Source: a virus
Taxonomy: Duplodnaviria; Caudoviricetes
IMG/VR virus record: IMGVR_UViG_3300017909_000327
Location: 1 to 47,159 of that record
Length of the DNA: 47,159 nt
Reading direction: 5' to 3' (one strand)
A model generated the notes under the pieces. The model saw only the letters and a program-made list of their open reading frames with translations, was not told the DNA's origin and ran no database searches. Of the stretch, positions 8,801-18,480 are shown piece by piece. Position numbers and translations under genes: made by a program. The first letter of the stretch is position 1; each line of letters opens with the position of its first letter.

Positions 8801-11386
8801 TTAACCTTTCACTATTAGTTCCGTAGCTGATATAGCAGTCCCTGCTGTTACTGAGGGAGAATCTGCTGTTAATCCTATTGTGCCATCACCTTGCACAAAA
8901 TATGTTTGACCTGCTGTAAGTCCAATTTGGTTTCTTGATACTGTATTTGTTGAGTCTATTACTGCTTTACCGCCATCTGCTAATTCGGCTCTGCTAATGC
9001 TATCTACATTAGTTACAATAGCTTCGCCCCTATCGCTTGAATCTGTGTCATTAGCGTAAGCAATAACCACCTTGTTTTCGTTGCTGTCAAAGGCTGCTCC
9101 TGTTTGAAACACAGCATTAGACCCACTAAAAGCAGTTTCAGTATCAAAACTAATAGAAGTGCCCGAAACAGTGCCAACAATAAATTTTCCTATATCTGAG
9201 TCTCCTCTGTCCTCATAAGAAATAAGTACTTTGTTAGCGTTGGTGTCAAAAACTGCACTTGTTCCCTGTGTGTTGCCTGTGTTAAAAACAACCTCACTTC
9301 CAAAGCTTATACTTGTGCCTGATACAGTACCAATTATTGCTGTGCCTTGATTTGAGTTATCATTGTCTCTATATGCAAAAACTACCTTATTGTTACTACT
9401 GTCAAAAGTTCCTGTAATTTGTGTCGTGCTACCAGTATTGTTAAATACAGTAGCTGAACCAAAGGATATACTTGTTCCACTTACTGTGCCAACAACGGCA
9501 GTTCCGTAACCGCTATTGCCTCCATCATTATACGCAATAACTACCTTATTATTACTACTATCAAAAACTGGTGTATTTTGTGATGAATTTGCACTTTCAT
9601 ATACAACAGGAGTACCAAAAGATATGCTTGTTCCACTTACAGTTCCTACAGCAGCAGTTCCATAATCACTATTTGCATTATCTCTATATGCAACTACTAC
9701 TTTGTTATTACTGCTATCAAAAGTTGCGCCTATGTTATAGGCATTATCCGCACCAGTGCCGTTAAATTGAGTCGCTGTGCCAAAGCTTATTGAAGTACCA
9801 CTTACAGTTCCTACAATGCCTTTACCTCGTCCTGAATCTCCATTGTCTTGATAAAGAATAACTACTTTATTATTAGAAGAATCAAAAACTGCGGCTACAT
9901 TAGTAGTAGCACCTTGTTCATAAATTACTGGAGAGCCAAAACTTATAGACGTGCCACTTACTGTACCAACTACAGCAGTACCTTTGTCGGAGTTACTTCC
10001 ATCAAAATATGCAATTACAACTTTGTTGTTGCTACTATCAAAAACAGCATTAGAAAGTTGTGTAGTACCAGATTCAAAGGACACCGCTGTGCCAGTAGAA
10101 CCTGCCTCGCCTGTAACCACACCACTAGATATACCAATGTAGTTTTCTGAGGTGAGGGTTGTAGCAGGGGCATTATAAACTTGTGCTTTACCATGATTAG
10201 AGTCATCTGAATCTGAATAACCAAAAACTACTTTTTTCTGGTCAGGATCAAAAACACTTGCAGCATGTGTGCCATAGGCATTAGTAGTAATTGTAGTAGA
10301 AGAGCCAACAGTAAAACTAGAACCATCTGATGTTATTGGTATTGCATATCCATAAGCACTTGCTCCACGAATACCTATTACACTTGTGGCTGAATTAGAG
10401 TCATAAACAGCAGTTAAAGCATTTATTCCTGCATCAGTGTAAAAATTAGAGGGTGATGTAAATGAAATACTTGTTCCTGATACCGTTCCAATTACACCTT
10501 TTCCTTTATCAGAATCGCCACCATCCATATAAAAAATGTTAGTTTTATTGTTACCTGAGTCATAAACAGCCTTTGTGTACTGAGTAGTACCTGTTTCAAA
10601 AACAGACTCAGAACCAAAACTTATAGAAGTCCCCGAAACAGTCCCGACTATAGCTGTGCCATAAAAACTGTTACCATAATCAGTGTAAGCTATAATTGTT
10701 TTATTACTACTTGAGTCATAACTTGTTGCTATATCAGTGGATTGTGCAGCATTAAAAACTGCTTCGCTTCCAAAGCTTATACTTGTTCCGCTTACTGTAC
10801 CAACAATTGCTGTTCCACGAGAACTATTACCTTGATCTCTATACGCAATAATAACTTTATTTGCAGAGCTATCAAAAGTGGATGAAATATAATCTGAGTT
10901 TCCACTGTTAAAAACAACCTCAGTACCAAAAGAAATAGAGTTATCTGAAGGGTCTACTGTGCCAACAATTGCTGTTCCATAACTTGAGTTCCCACCATCT
11001 TGATAAGCTATAACTACTTTATTGTTACTGCTGTCAAAAGATATAGCCGTATAATTAGTGCTACTAGTTCCACTATTGAACGTAACAGGTGTGCCAAAAC
11101 TAATAGATGTTCCTGATACCGTTCCTACAACAGCAAAGCCATTATCTCCAGAAGAACTATTACGATAGGTAATAACCACTCTGTCTGAGTTAGAGTCATA
11201 AGCTGCGGAAATGTATAAAACTTCACCACTTACCCACTTTGTAGCACTTCCTATAGATGCAGAACCTATTCCAACAACACTCACAGTCCCATCAGAGTTT
11301 ACAACTACTGGTCTACCACTAGGTAAAGTACCAGAAGCTACTGCCCTGACTTGGCTATCTTTTGCAATGTTACCAAAAGCTTTCAT
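8801..11386 (-). CDS. Virion appendage/receptor-binding protein with two predicted 7-bladed beta-propellers
   Basis: Same repeats and same split N/C carrier domain as 4480..7080. Confidence 0.7.
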   Translation of the reverse strand: MKAFGNIAKDSQVRAVASGTLPSGRPVVVNSDGTVSVVGIGSASIGSATKWVSGEVLYISAAYDSNSDRVVITYRNSSSGDNGFAVVGTVSGTSISFGTPVTFNSGTSSTNYTAISFDSSNNKVVIAYQDGGNSSYGTAIVGTVDPSDNSISFGTEVVFNSGNSDYISSTFDSSANKVIIAYRDQGNSSRGTAIVGTVSGTSISFGSEAVFNAAQSTDIATSYDSSSNKTIIAYTDYGNSFYGTAIVGTVSGTSISFGSESVFETGTTQYTKAVYDSGNNKTNIFYMDGGDSDKGKGVIGTVSGTSISFTSPSNFYTDAGINALTAVYDSNSATSVIGIRGASAYGYAIPITSDGSSFTVGSSTTITTNAYGTHAASVFDPDQKKVVFGYSDSDDSNHGKAQVYNAPATTLTSENYIGISSGVVTGEAGSTGTAVSFESGTTQLSNAVFDSSNNKVVIAYFDGSNSDKGTAVVGTVSGTSISFGSPVIYEQGATTNVAAVFDSSNNKVVILYQDNGDSGRGKGIVGTVSGTSISFGTATQFNGTGADNAYNIGATFDSSNNKVVVAYRDNANSDYGTAAVGTVSGTSISFGTPVVYESANSSQNTPVFDSSNNKVVIAYNDGGNSGYGTAVVGTVSGTSISFGSATVFNNTGSTTQITGTFDSSNNKVVFAYRDNDNSNQGTAIIGTVSGTSISFGSEVVFNTGNTQGTSAVFDTNANKVLISYEDRGDSDIGKFIVGTVSGTSISFDTETAFSGSNAVFQTGAAFDSNENKVVIAYANDTDSSDRGEAIVTNVDSISRAELADGGKAVIDSTNTVSRNQIGLTAGQTYFVQGDGTIGLTADSPSVTAGTAISATELIVKG

Positions 11387-11400
11387 TAAGCTACTTTCTA

Positions 11401-11763
11401 TTAAGCGTCATCAATCTCTTCATATGAAAGAACAGCAGACAAATCTCCTGCTGCACTTGCTTGTATTTTTAGTATGTCGCTTTCATTTAAGTATAATCCC
11501 ATATTCTTATCAATAGGAAGTAGGGTACTTCCTGCTGCAACTGTAATACCTTTAGCTATATAGTAGTCTACACTTGATCGTGTAATAAATACATCTATAT
11601 CAGCAGCGTTAGTACCATCTATGTTAGCTATAATTAACGAATTAATTTTACATAATTTATCTGCTGCACACGTTAATAAACTAACTGCGCTTGCAGCAAC
11701 ATCAGCATCTAGCACTGTTTTAGCTAGAATACTAGTGACTGCTACTACATTTGGATTTGCCAT
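11401..11763 (-). CDS. Small beta-sandwich virion protein following the tail fibre
   Basis: 120 aa; AGGAG RBS; follows the fibre ending TGKAIAMAMVFG, an arrangement common in marine phages. Confidence 0.6.
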   Translation of the reverse strand: MANPNVVAVTSILAKTVLDADVAASAVSLLTCAADKLCKINSLIIANIDGTNAADIDVFITRSSVDYYIAKGITVAAGSTLLPIDKNMGLYLNESDILKIQASAAGDLSAVLSYEEIDDA

Positions 11764-11778
11764 TTAAAAACTCCTTTA

Positions 11779-14277
11779 TTATCCAAATACCATTGCCATT
11801 GCAATCGCCTTACCAGTTGATGCCTTAGCGTCTAATTGTGTTTGTATTGCAGAGGTTACACCATCTACGTGATTTAATTCTGCAGCAGTTGCTGTTACAC
11901 CATCTAATATATTTAGTTCTGCAGCAGTTGCTGTTACACCATCAAGTATGTTTAACTCTGCTGCTGTAGATGTTACTGCTACTCCACCTATTTGTAAAGC
12001 AGTTGAAGCATTTATGGTAGGAGCAGTTAGTGTTCCTGTAAAAGTAGGGCTTGCTAGTAAAGCAATCGTACCTGTAGCGTCAGGAAATGTAATAGTTCTA
12101 TCTGCAGTCGGATTAGTAAACGTTATTGTAGTTTCGTTATCATCTGCACTAGAACCTTCTACAGTAAAACCTGCGTCACTAAGATGTAAGCCTGTTACAA
12201 CAGGGCTAGTAAGAGTCTTGTTTGTTAGTGTTTTACTTGTCTGTGCGTAGTATGTATCAAGTAAGTCTACATCAAAATACTTTAATCCAGTAGCTGAATT
12301 ATCAAACATAAGTATTGCATCATTGTTTGCTACTGCTGTAGAAGTGTCAGGACTAATTGCTGATACATCTGCTACAGTATTAAGCTCTGCACCTGTAGCA
12401 TTAAGACCTGTTACATTATTAGAAGCTCCATTTACAGCTTGTATACGAGCCTCTACAGATTGTTGTGTAGGAATTAATGTTGCGCTGTTGGAAGACATAT
12501 CATCTTCATCAACAAAGCCTGTAATAGTTATGGTTCCATCTGATAAGCTACCATAAGTTACAGTGCCTGTTGTGGTAATAGCACTTGAGCCATTGTCTAT
12601 AGCACCAAATCCACTGGAAATACTACCGCTATTTAGTGCTCCTACTGTAGTTACATTTGATAATGTATCAAGTGCTGACTCAAAGTATGTTTCAAAATCA
12701 GTAAGCGCTACCTGCTTCATTGTTCCTGCATCATTAACTACAACTCTATCTGCATCTGCAAGTGTAGTCGATGTAGCAGAAGTACCACCATCCATGATGT
12801 TTAACTCTTCAGGTGTAGCACTAATTTGAGTTGTACTTACTGCAGCTAATACAGGAATAGTACCACTTTGATTTGGCAAGTTTATTGTGCGGTCTGCTGT
12901 AGGATCTACAATAGTAAGTGTAGTTTCGAAATCATCTGCGGTAGCACCTTCAAATACAACAGCATTCTGTGCATTCATAGTAACAGTATCTACAACTGTG
13001 GTAGTACCCCCTACAGTTAGGTTTCCTGTTATTGTAAAGTTACGAATACCTGTGTAGTCTTTATTAGCATCTAACACTACAGCTTTAGATGCTATAGCAG
13101 TACCAACGTCAGTGCTTCCTAAGTCTAGTGCATTAAGCTCCCCTACAACTGCTGTGATGCCATCTAGTGTATTAAGCTCTGCAGCAGTAGCAGTAACACC
13201 GTCTAATATATTTAACTCTGCTGTTGTTGCAGTTACCCCATCAAGTATGTTTAACTCTGCAGTAGTGGCTGTAACACCATCCATAATATTAAGTTCAGCA
13301 GTAGTTGCAGTTACTCCATCCATGATGTTTAGTTCTGCTGCTGAAGCAGTTACTACCGTACCACCAAGAGCAAGTCCATTTGTACCATCGTGAGATGCTA
13401 TGTTGAAATCAAAAGAACCATCAGCAAAGGTAGTGTTACCAGTAATAGTAATCGTACTACCATCTGCACTAATGCTGTCTAACGCTATGTCTCCTACATT
13501 GGTAATGTTTGCATCACCAAAAGATGTAGCAGCTAATGTAGTTGCACCTGCAACTGTAAGAGTACCCCCAATAGAAGTGTTACCACTTGTATCCGCAACG
13601 GTAAACTTATCTGAGTCCATGACAAGGCCACCGTTTAATGTCGTAGCTCCTGTCACTACAAGTGTACCTGCCACCGTAGCATTTGCATCAACAGCAAGAG
13701 TGTCTATGTTAGCTTGCCCATCTATGTATAAATCACGCCACTCAGAACCTGTAGCACCCAAGTCATGTGTATCATCTGCAGAAGGTAAAAGAGCAGAGGC
13801 AATGTCAGCAGTTACCGTAACAGTATCTGTAGCTGCATTACCAAGTGTAGTGTTTCCATTTACAGAAAGGTTACCTGTTACTGTAGCGTTCTCGTCTACT
13901 TGAAGTGTGTCTACTGTAGCTGTTCCATCTAAATATAAATCTTTAAACTCTACAGAACTTGTACCTAAGTCTATATCATTATCTGTTACAGGCACGATTA
14001 CACCATCTTGAAATCTAACCTGTTCAACTGCTGAAGAAGAAACCTCAACAAACACCCCATGTCTATTGTTACTAGTGTCTACCGCTATTTTGTTTAAAGC
14101 ATCAGTATCAGCTATAAGAGGTACGTATGCACCTTCAGTAGAACTACCATCATGTTTGTGACCACCAGATAAAGCAAACGCATCTCGTATTGCGTTATAC
14201 TCTGCGTTTACTGGTGCAGCTTTAATGACCTCATTAGGCTGTATAGTTGATGCGGATTGTCTTGAATAACCTGCCAT
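11779..14277 (-). CDS. Tail fibre protein
   Basis: N-terminal GHKHDG attachment region; 13-aa ELNILDGVTATTA repeats; PTADRTI motifs. Confidence 0.8.
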   Translation of the reverse strand: MAGYSRQSASTIQPNEVIKAAPVNAEYNAIRDAFALSGGHKHDGSSTEGAYVPLIADTDALNKIAVDTSNNRHGVFVEVSSSAVEQVRFQDGVIVPVTDNDIDLGTSSVEFKDLYLDGTATVDTLQVDENATVTGNLSVNGNTTLGNAATDTVTVTADIASALLPSADDTHDLGATGSEWRDLYIDGQANIDTLAVDANATVAGTLVVTGATTLNGGLVMDSDKFTVADTSGNTSIGGTLTVAGATTLAATSFGDANITNVGDIALDSISADGSTITITGNTTFADGSFDFNIASHDGTNGLALGGTVVTASAAELNIMDGVTATTAELNIMDGVTATTAELNILDGVTATTAELNILDGVTATAAELNTLDGITAVVGELNALDLGSTDVGTAIASKAVVLDANKDYTGIRNFTITGNLTVGGTTTVVDTVTMNAQNAVVFEGATADDFETTLTIVDPTADRTINLPNQSGTIPVLAAVSTTQISATPEELNIMDGGTSATSTTLADADRVVVNDAGTMKQVALTDFETYFESALDTLSNVTTVGALNSGSISSGFGAIDNGSSAITTTGTVTYGSLSDGTITITGFVDEDDMSSNSATLIPTQQSVEARIQAVNGASNNVTGLNATGAELNTVADVSAISPDTSTAVANNDAILMFDNSATGLKYFDVDLLDTYYAQTSKTLTNKTLTSPVVTGLHLSDAGFTVEGSSADDNETTITFTNPTADRTITFPDATGTIALLASPTFTGTLTAPTINASTALQIGGVAVTSTAAELNILDGVTATAAELNILDGVTATAAELNHVDGVTSAIQTQLDAKASTGKAIAMAMVFG
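13130..13345. repeat. 39-bp tandem coding repeats (ELNILDGVTATTA); second block at about 11860-11965
   Basis: Visible in both DNA and protein. Confidence 0.85.
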
Positions 14278-14278
14278 G

Positions 14279-15832
14279 TTATAACCTATCTCCTACCCCA
14301 AATGTAATTACCAAACCTTGTATACTGTGTGAAGGTTTTGTATCGTTTGTAACATATCTTATTGATATTGACTTGCCTGATCCTGACACATTTGTTCTTC
14401 GTATAGGCGCAGGACTACCATCGTAAACAGCACCACTAGTAGCATCAGCAGCAGCATACGCAGCCTCGTTATAATAGGCAGCAGCATTTTCATTACTTAT
14501 TGTAAAGTCATTGGGGTTTAATACATTTACATCTTCGTAATCATATACTGCTGACATTAATATTTCATTATCACCTTCAGAACGTAAATAAGTTGCTATA
14601 GTATAAAATATTTTACGTTGCTCTGGGTCTTGCATATACAAGTAAGGAGTTTGGAAAGCACTAAATATATCGCTTCCTCCAAAGTTGTTACCTTTTTCTT
14701 GTCTGTAAACTTTACCTGTACTATCTCCATGTAATACAAATTCGTTTTGTCCTATGTAACCACTATCTGCACAGGTAGCTGTGATACCCAATAATTGCCC
14801 ATACTCAAACTGTAGTCCATTAGGTGTTTGTCTAAACCCACCTATAACACCTTGTGTGTCTGCAGCAGCAAAGAAATACCTAAATTGTGTTTTACCTCTG
14901 ATAACAACCGCGTTTAAACCATCTAAGTCAATATCAAAAACAACATCTGTAAAAACGGATTGAATGTCTTTTGATACTGTTTCTAAGTTTACATCACCTA
15001 TTTTATCTGTACCTGAAATAGGGCGTAGACCATCCTGTGAAAGAAATAGTAAGTCTCCACCTATCTCTATGACGCTATCTGTAGCTAAACATCCAAGATT
15101 ATCTGTAACAGTCTCTAATACGAAATTAGAAATATTATTACCAACAAGCTTACGAATGTTGTTACTGCCAAAAATAAACAAAGCATTACGAAAAGTCTTT
15201 ATAGCTACTATAGGATAACCTACATTTATTACACCAGAGCCATTAGCAGCACTAAAGTCTGTTTCTGCTAAAGGAGCACTAAAATATAAATTGGTATCTT
15301 CGTTAGGGTCACCTGCTAAGAACATGTGATTTTGAAATACAGCAGATAATTTAGGGTCATCAGGAGCGCTAGCGTGTGTTATCTGAGTATATGTTGATCC
15401 ATCATATGTAGCAGCAGGGTTTACACCATCTGTAAGTATTACCTTTGGACTACCAAAATTATACTTAGTAAATCTAACTTTTGTTACACCTGACATAGTA
15501 GGTGATCCAGAAGTAGTTACGGCATCCCATGCACTTGTGGAGTTATTCCATTTATGTAAATAATTATTACCGCTAGAAGGAGTTCGACAAGCTAGTATGC
15601 CATCATTAATACCGTTAGCTACGCAGACTCCAAGAACATTTCCTGTGCCTGTTACTGTCCCATAGTCGTTACTAAATCCGTTTATCTTACGATAACCACC
15701 AGTAACAGAAGGCTCATAGTTTGTAAGTTTTATGGCAGAACCAGGTGCAGTTTCACCTTGGGATAAAACATCTCTGCTAGTGTTTAGCCCACCCTGACAG
15801 AATATCTTAAACGAGGCTAGATTATCTGCCAT
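14279..15832 (-). CDS. Tail tubular protein B / nozzle
   Basis: GGLN N-terminus, LGC...FLSQDG propeller motifs, synteny. Confidence 0.7.
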   Translation of the reverse strand: MADNLASFKIFCQGGLNTSRDVLSQGETAPGSAIKLTNYEPSVTGGYRKINGFSNDYGTVTGTGNVLGVCVANGINDGILACRTPSSGNNYLHKWNNSTSAWDAVTTSGSPTMSGVTKVRFTKYNFGSPKVILTDGVNPAATYDGSTYTQITHASAPDDPKLSAVFQNHMFLAGDPNEDTNLYFSAPLAETDFSAANGSGVINVGYPIVAIKTFRNALFIFGSNNIRKLVGNNISNFVLETVTDNLGCLATDSVIEIGGDLLFLSQDGLRPISGTDKIGDVNLETVSKDIQSVFTDVVFDIDLDGLNAVVIRGKTQFRYFFAAADTQGVIGGFRQTPNGLQFEYGQLLGITATCADSGYIGQNEFVLHGDSTGKVYRQEKGNNFGGSDIFSAFQTPYLYMQDPEQRKIFYTIATYLRSEGDNEILMSAVYDYEDVNVLNPNDFTISNENAAAYYNEAAYAAADATSGAVYDGSPAPIRRTNVSGSGKSISIRYVTNDTKPSHSIQGLVITFGVGDRL

Positions 15833-15834
15833 TG

Positions 15835-16563
15835 TTAAATAAATCTCCCGAATGTGCTTGTATTAGATCTTGTTATTACTGTGGATCTTACAATAAGAGG
15901 ATCATCAACTAACACTCTACGCATCTGTTTTATACCTTGATCAAAGTTGTTTTGATGCATGGCAGCACTTTGTTCATTGCTACGAAAGCGCATCATAAAC
16001 ATCATAGCGCCATCAATGATAACGTGGTTAAACCTATCAGGTATGACTGAAGTATCGTTAAAGTTAGTTAAGTCGCTAGGGAAAGACCAGTAGATGTATT
16101 CTACTTCGTATGCTGCATCTGGTACAGGAGTCACACCAAACTTTTCTTCTAGTGTTTGGTATACATATATTGGAGCACCATCTCCGTTTGTTTGATCGCC
16201 TGTGTCATCGATATTTCTGTGGTTTTGAATATAGTCATCATAGCTGATTGGCTTTAGTCTTACAGGGGCGTTATCTTTAGAAGTTAACTTTTTAAGGTAA
16301 AATGTATCCCAATCTGTGCTAGAGTAATCAGTAGGAAAACTATACTGCCTAGTACCTGCAGTAAGTGTTTGTGTCTCTGTTGTTTTTAAAAAAGGAAACT
16401 CTTGTCCAGTTTGGACAATAAGTCTAATACTATTATTAATTGCATCTTTTGCTAAAGCTTGTACATTACGTACAGTCGTAAAACCATCACCTGCAGTGTC
16501 TAGAGTAACTTCATTTAATCTACGCAGTAATTCATTAACAAGTGTAAGATATGTAGTAGCCAT
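15835..16563 (-). CDS. Tail tubular protein A / head-tail adaptor (start MATTYL)
   Basis: YLTLVNELLRRLNE N-terminus, PVPDAAY, IPDRF motifs; synteny. Confidence 0.75.
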   Translation of the reverse strand: MATTYLTLVNELLRRLNEVTLDTAGDGFTTVRNVQALAKDAINNSIRLIVQTGQEFPFLKTTETQTLTAGTRQYSFPTDYSSTDWDTFYLKKLTSKDNAPVRLKPISYDDYIQNHRNIDDTGDQTNGDGAPIYVYQTLEEKFGVTPVPDAAYEVEYIYWSFPSDLTNFNDTSVIPDRFNHVIIDGAMMFMMRFRSNEQSAAMHQNNFDQGIKQMRRVLVDDPLIVRSTVITRSNTSTFGRFI

Positions 16564-16588
16564 ATTGATGCCCTTTAGATGTACGTAG

Positions 16589-16611
16589 AGGGGCAAGTTA
16601 CCCTGCCCCCC
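16589..16611 (-). terminator. GC-rich hairpin after the capsid genes (terminator or mRNA stabiliser)
   Basis: GGGGCAGG-GTAA-CTTGCCCC with a GNRA loop; no clear U-tract on the minus strand. Confidence 0.5.
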
Positions 16612-16625
16612 ACTTTTAGTTTATG

Positions 16626-17162
16626 TTACGCAAGTAGATCTCTATCTACTTCATCAGGCGCACGTCCACCTCTTGGACCTGTGTCAATGCAACATGCAAT
16701 AACACGTAGGATACCAGATGTAACATCTGCAGAACCTGCAATCAACTTAACGTCAATTGTGTCTGTAGTTGTTACGTGTTGTGTAAACGTAGAAGCTGAA
16801 CCAGTTCCAACAACCATAGATTGACCGTTAGTACCTTGAGCTAAGAAGCCAGTAGAAGTAACATCTCCACCGTCAACAATATCGTCACCTGCTGCAAAAT
16901 CAATATCTACAGTTGGTGATGTGCCGTTGAAAGCAGTTTCAACTTCAGCACCTGCAAACAATACTAATGTATTAGCAGGAATTTCTAGAAGTTGGAAGAT
17001 GTCTCCATCTGCGTTTGAGTACCCGTCTGCAACCAACTTAGCAATGTCAAGACGTGCTTCACGCATGTACATTCCCATTGCTTGATGGCGAGAGGTAGCT
17101 GTTGCACTGCTGTCTGAATTAACACCAACAGTGGACTTTGAAGTCATGTCATAAGTAGCCAT
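16626..17162 (-). CDS. Minor capsid/decoration protein
   Basis: 178 aa beta-rich protein immediately after the MCP. Confidence 0.55.
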   Translation of the reverse strand: MATYDMTSKSTVGVNSDSSATATSRHQAMGMYMREARLDIAKLVADGYSNADGDIFQLLEIPANTLVLFAGAEVETAFNGTSPTVDIDFAAGDDIVDGGDVTSTGFLAQGTNGQSMVVGTGSASTFTQHVTTTDTIDVKLIAGSADVTSGILRVIACCIDTGPRGGRAPDEVDRDLLA

Positions 17163-17177
17163 TATTCAATCCCCCCC

Positions 17178-18248
17178 TTACGCTGCGTTGTACTTGGCAG
17201 TAACGATTGCTTCTGGACGAAGAATCTTTCTACCATATAGGTGCATTCCGCGCACGATGTCACTGAATGAATCTGGATCACGATAAGTTTCAACTTTGTT
17301 GATTTGCTCTGCAGTTGCTACTGCTGAGTCGTGACCTGCTACGATTACACCATAGTTTGAGTTTTGGTTAGCTGTACCTGTTGTACCTGGTCCAGTTCCT
17401 ACTGAAGGAAGGTTTGATGAAGTATACATACGGAAACCGTGAATGTTATTCAATACCAAACCGTTTTGTAGTCCTGCTCCACCGAAGTCAGCATTTAACA
17501 TGCGTGAGTCTTCGTCTTTGAGTAGTTCTACAAACACTGGGTCAACAACCAACCATCTGCCTCTTGTATCAACTTGTTGTTGATCTAAAAGACGTCCCAT
17601 ACGAGCAATAACTTGTAATGGGGTTGCTGTTGCAGTATCTGCAGCAGTTGCACCACCGAAACGTGGCTTCAATGGAATTGAGTGATCATCCGCAGATGAT
17701 GTAGTGATATTTCCAAAGGAACCTTTCTTTAACTTCATAGAAGAAAGAAGTTCGTCTGAACCTGCAGTTGATACAGCTTTAGTGCCGCTTACTACGTCAT
17801 TTGCTGTACCTGCATTTGCGTGTAATGCAGACTGTTTAAAACCTGACAGATAACCTAGAACTTCTTGATCCATCTGATCAGCTAGTCTGTATGCTGCACG
17901 ATCAGTTGCAAGCTGCATAAAATCGATGTGCGAATGAGCTTCTTCAATATCGTCCATCTTAAAAGCAAAGTAGTTAGCTTTATCGACAGTCAATTGAAAC
18001 TCTTCGTCATCAAGATCCTGCGCTGAGATTTGTGTACCGCGAGAATATGAGGAAACAGAAATTTCCGGCTCCTTGATAATCTTCACTGTATCACCTTGGT
18101 TTGCGATCTCCCCAAAATAATCAGAGTTTGTGATCGCATTAGCTACGGCACTCTTGCGAAACGCAAGTTGTACCTGCTTGGAATAGATTATTGGCGAAAA
18201 ATTACCGTTAGGTAAATTGCCATAACCTGCTGCTGTTGCGAAAGCCAT
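17178..18248 (-). CDS. Major capsid protein
   Basis: FSPIIYS, GEIANQGDTVKI, YRDPDSFSDIVRGMHLYGRKILRPEA. Confidence 0.9.
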   Translation of the reverse strand: MAFATAAGYGNLPNGNFSPIIYSKQVQLAFRKSAVANAITNSDYFGEIANQGDTVKIIKEPEISVSSYSRGTQISAQDLDDEEFQLTVDKANYFAFKMDDIEEAHSHIDFMQLATDRAAYRLADQMDQEVLGYLSGFKQSALHANAGTANDVVSGTKAVSTAGSDELLSSMKLKKGSFGNITTSSADDHSIPLKPRFGGATAADTATATPLQVIARMGRLLDQQQVDTRGRWLVVDPVFVELLKDEDSRMLNADFGGAGLQNGLVLNNIHGFRMYTSSNLPSVGTGPGTTGTANQNSNYGVIVAGHDSAVATAEQINKVETYRDPDSFSDIVRGMHLYGRKILRPEAIVTAKYNAA

Positions 18249-18298
18249 TGTGTTTCTCCTTATATAGATATGGCTATGTTAAAATGTACACGTCATAT

Positions 18299-18395
18299 CC
18301 ACCAAAGAGGCCGTTCATATTAGGGTATCAACATGCTAATCAGTTGGCCGACTTCATAGCGTTGGGCCTATATTGCAGGGTAGTTCTTATTGTGG
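18299..18395 (-). ncRNA. Structured cis-regulatory leader of the MCP mRNA
   Basis: Hand-folded long stem with two related asymmetric internal loops. Confidence 0.55.
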
Positions 18396-18446
18396 CTTAG
18401 TGTTAGTCACGATAGAGTAACATATAAGTCACTCTTATCATGTTTG

Positions 18447-18476
18447 TAGTTATACTTATGATTTTTTAGTTGTCAA
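18447..18476 (-). promoter_or_regulatory. Capsid promoter TTGACA-N16-TATAACTA
   Basis: Perfect -35; conserved architecture; intergenic. Confidence 0.8.
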
Positions 18477-18480
18477 GCAA

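Noticed and set aside
4480-11386. Diversity-generating retroelement or invertible shufflon behind the propeller repeats
   Set aside because: No reverse transcriptase, no adenine-specific TR/VR pair seen, and the shared sites are in direct rather than inverted orientation
13130-13345. CRISPR-like periodic repeats
   Set aside because: In-frame 39-bp coding repeats of the fibre with wobble variation and no unique spacers
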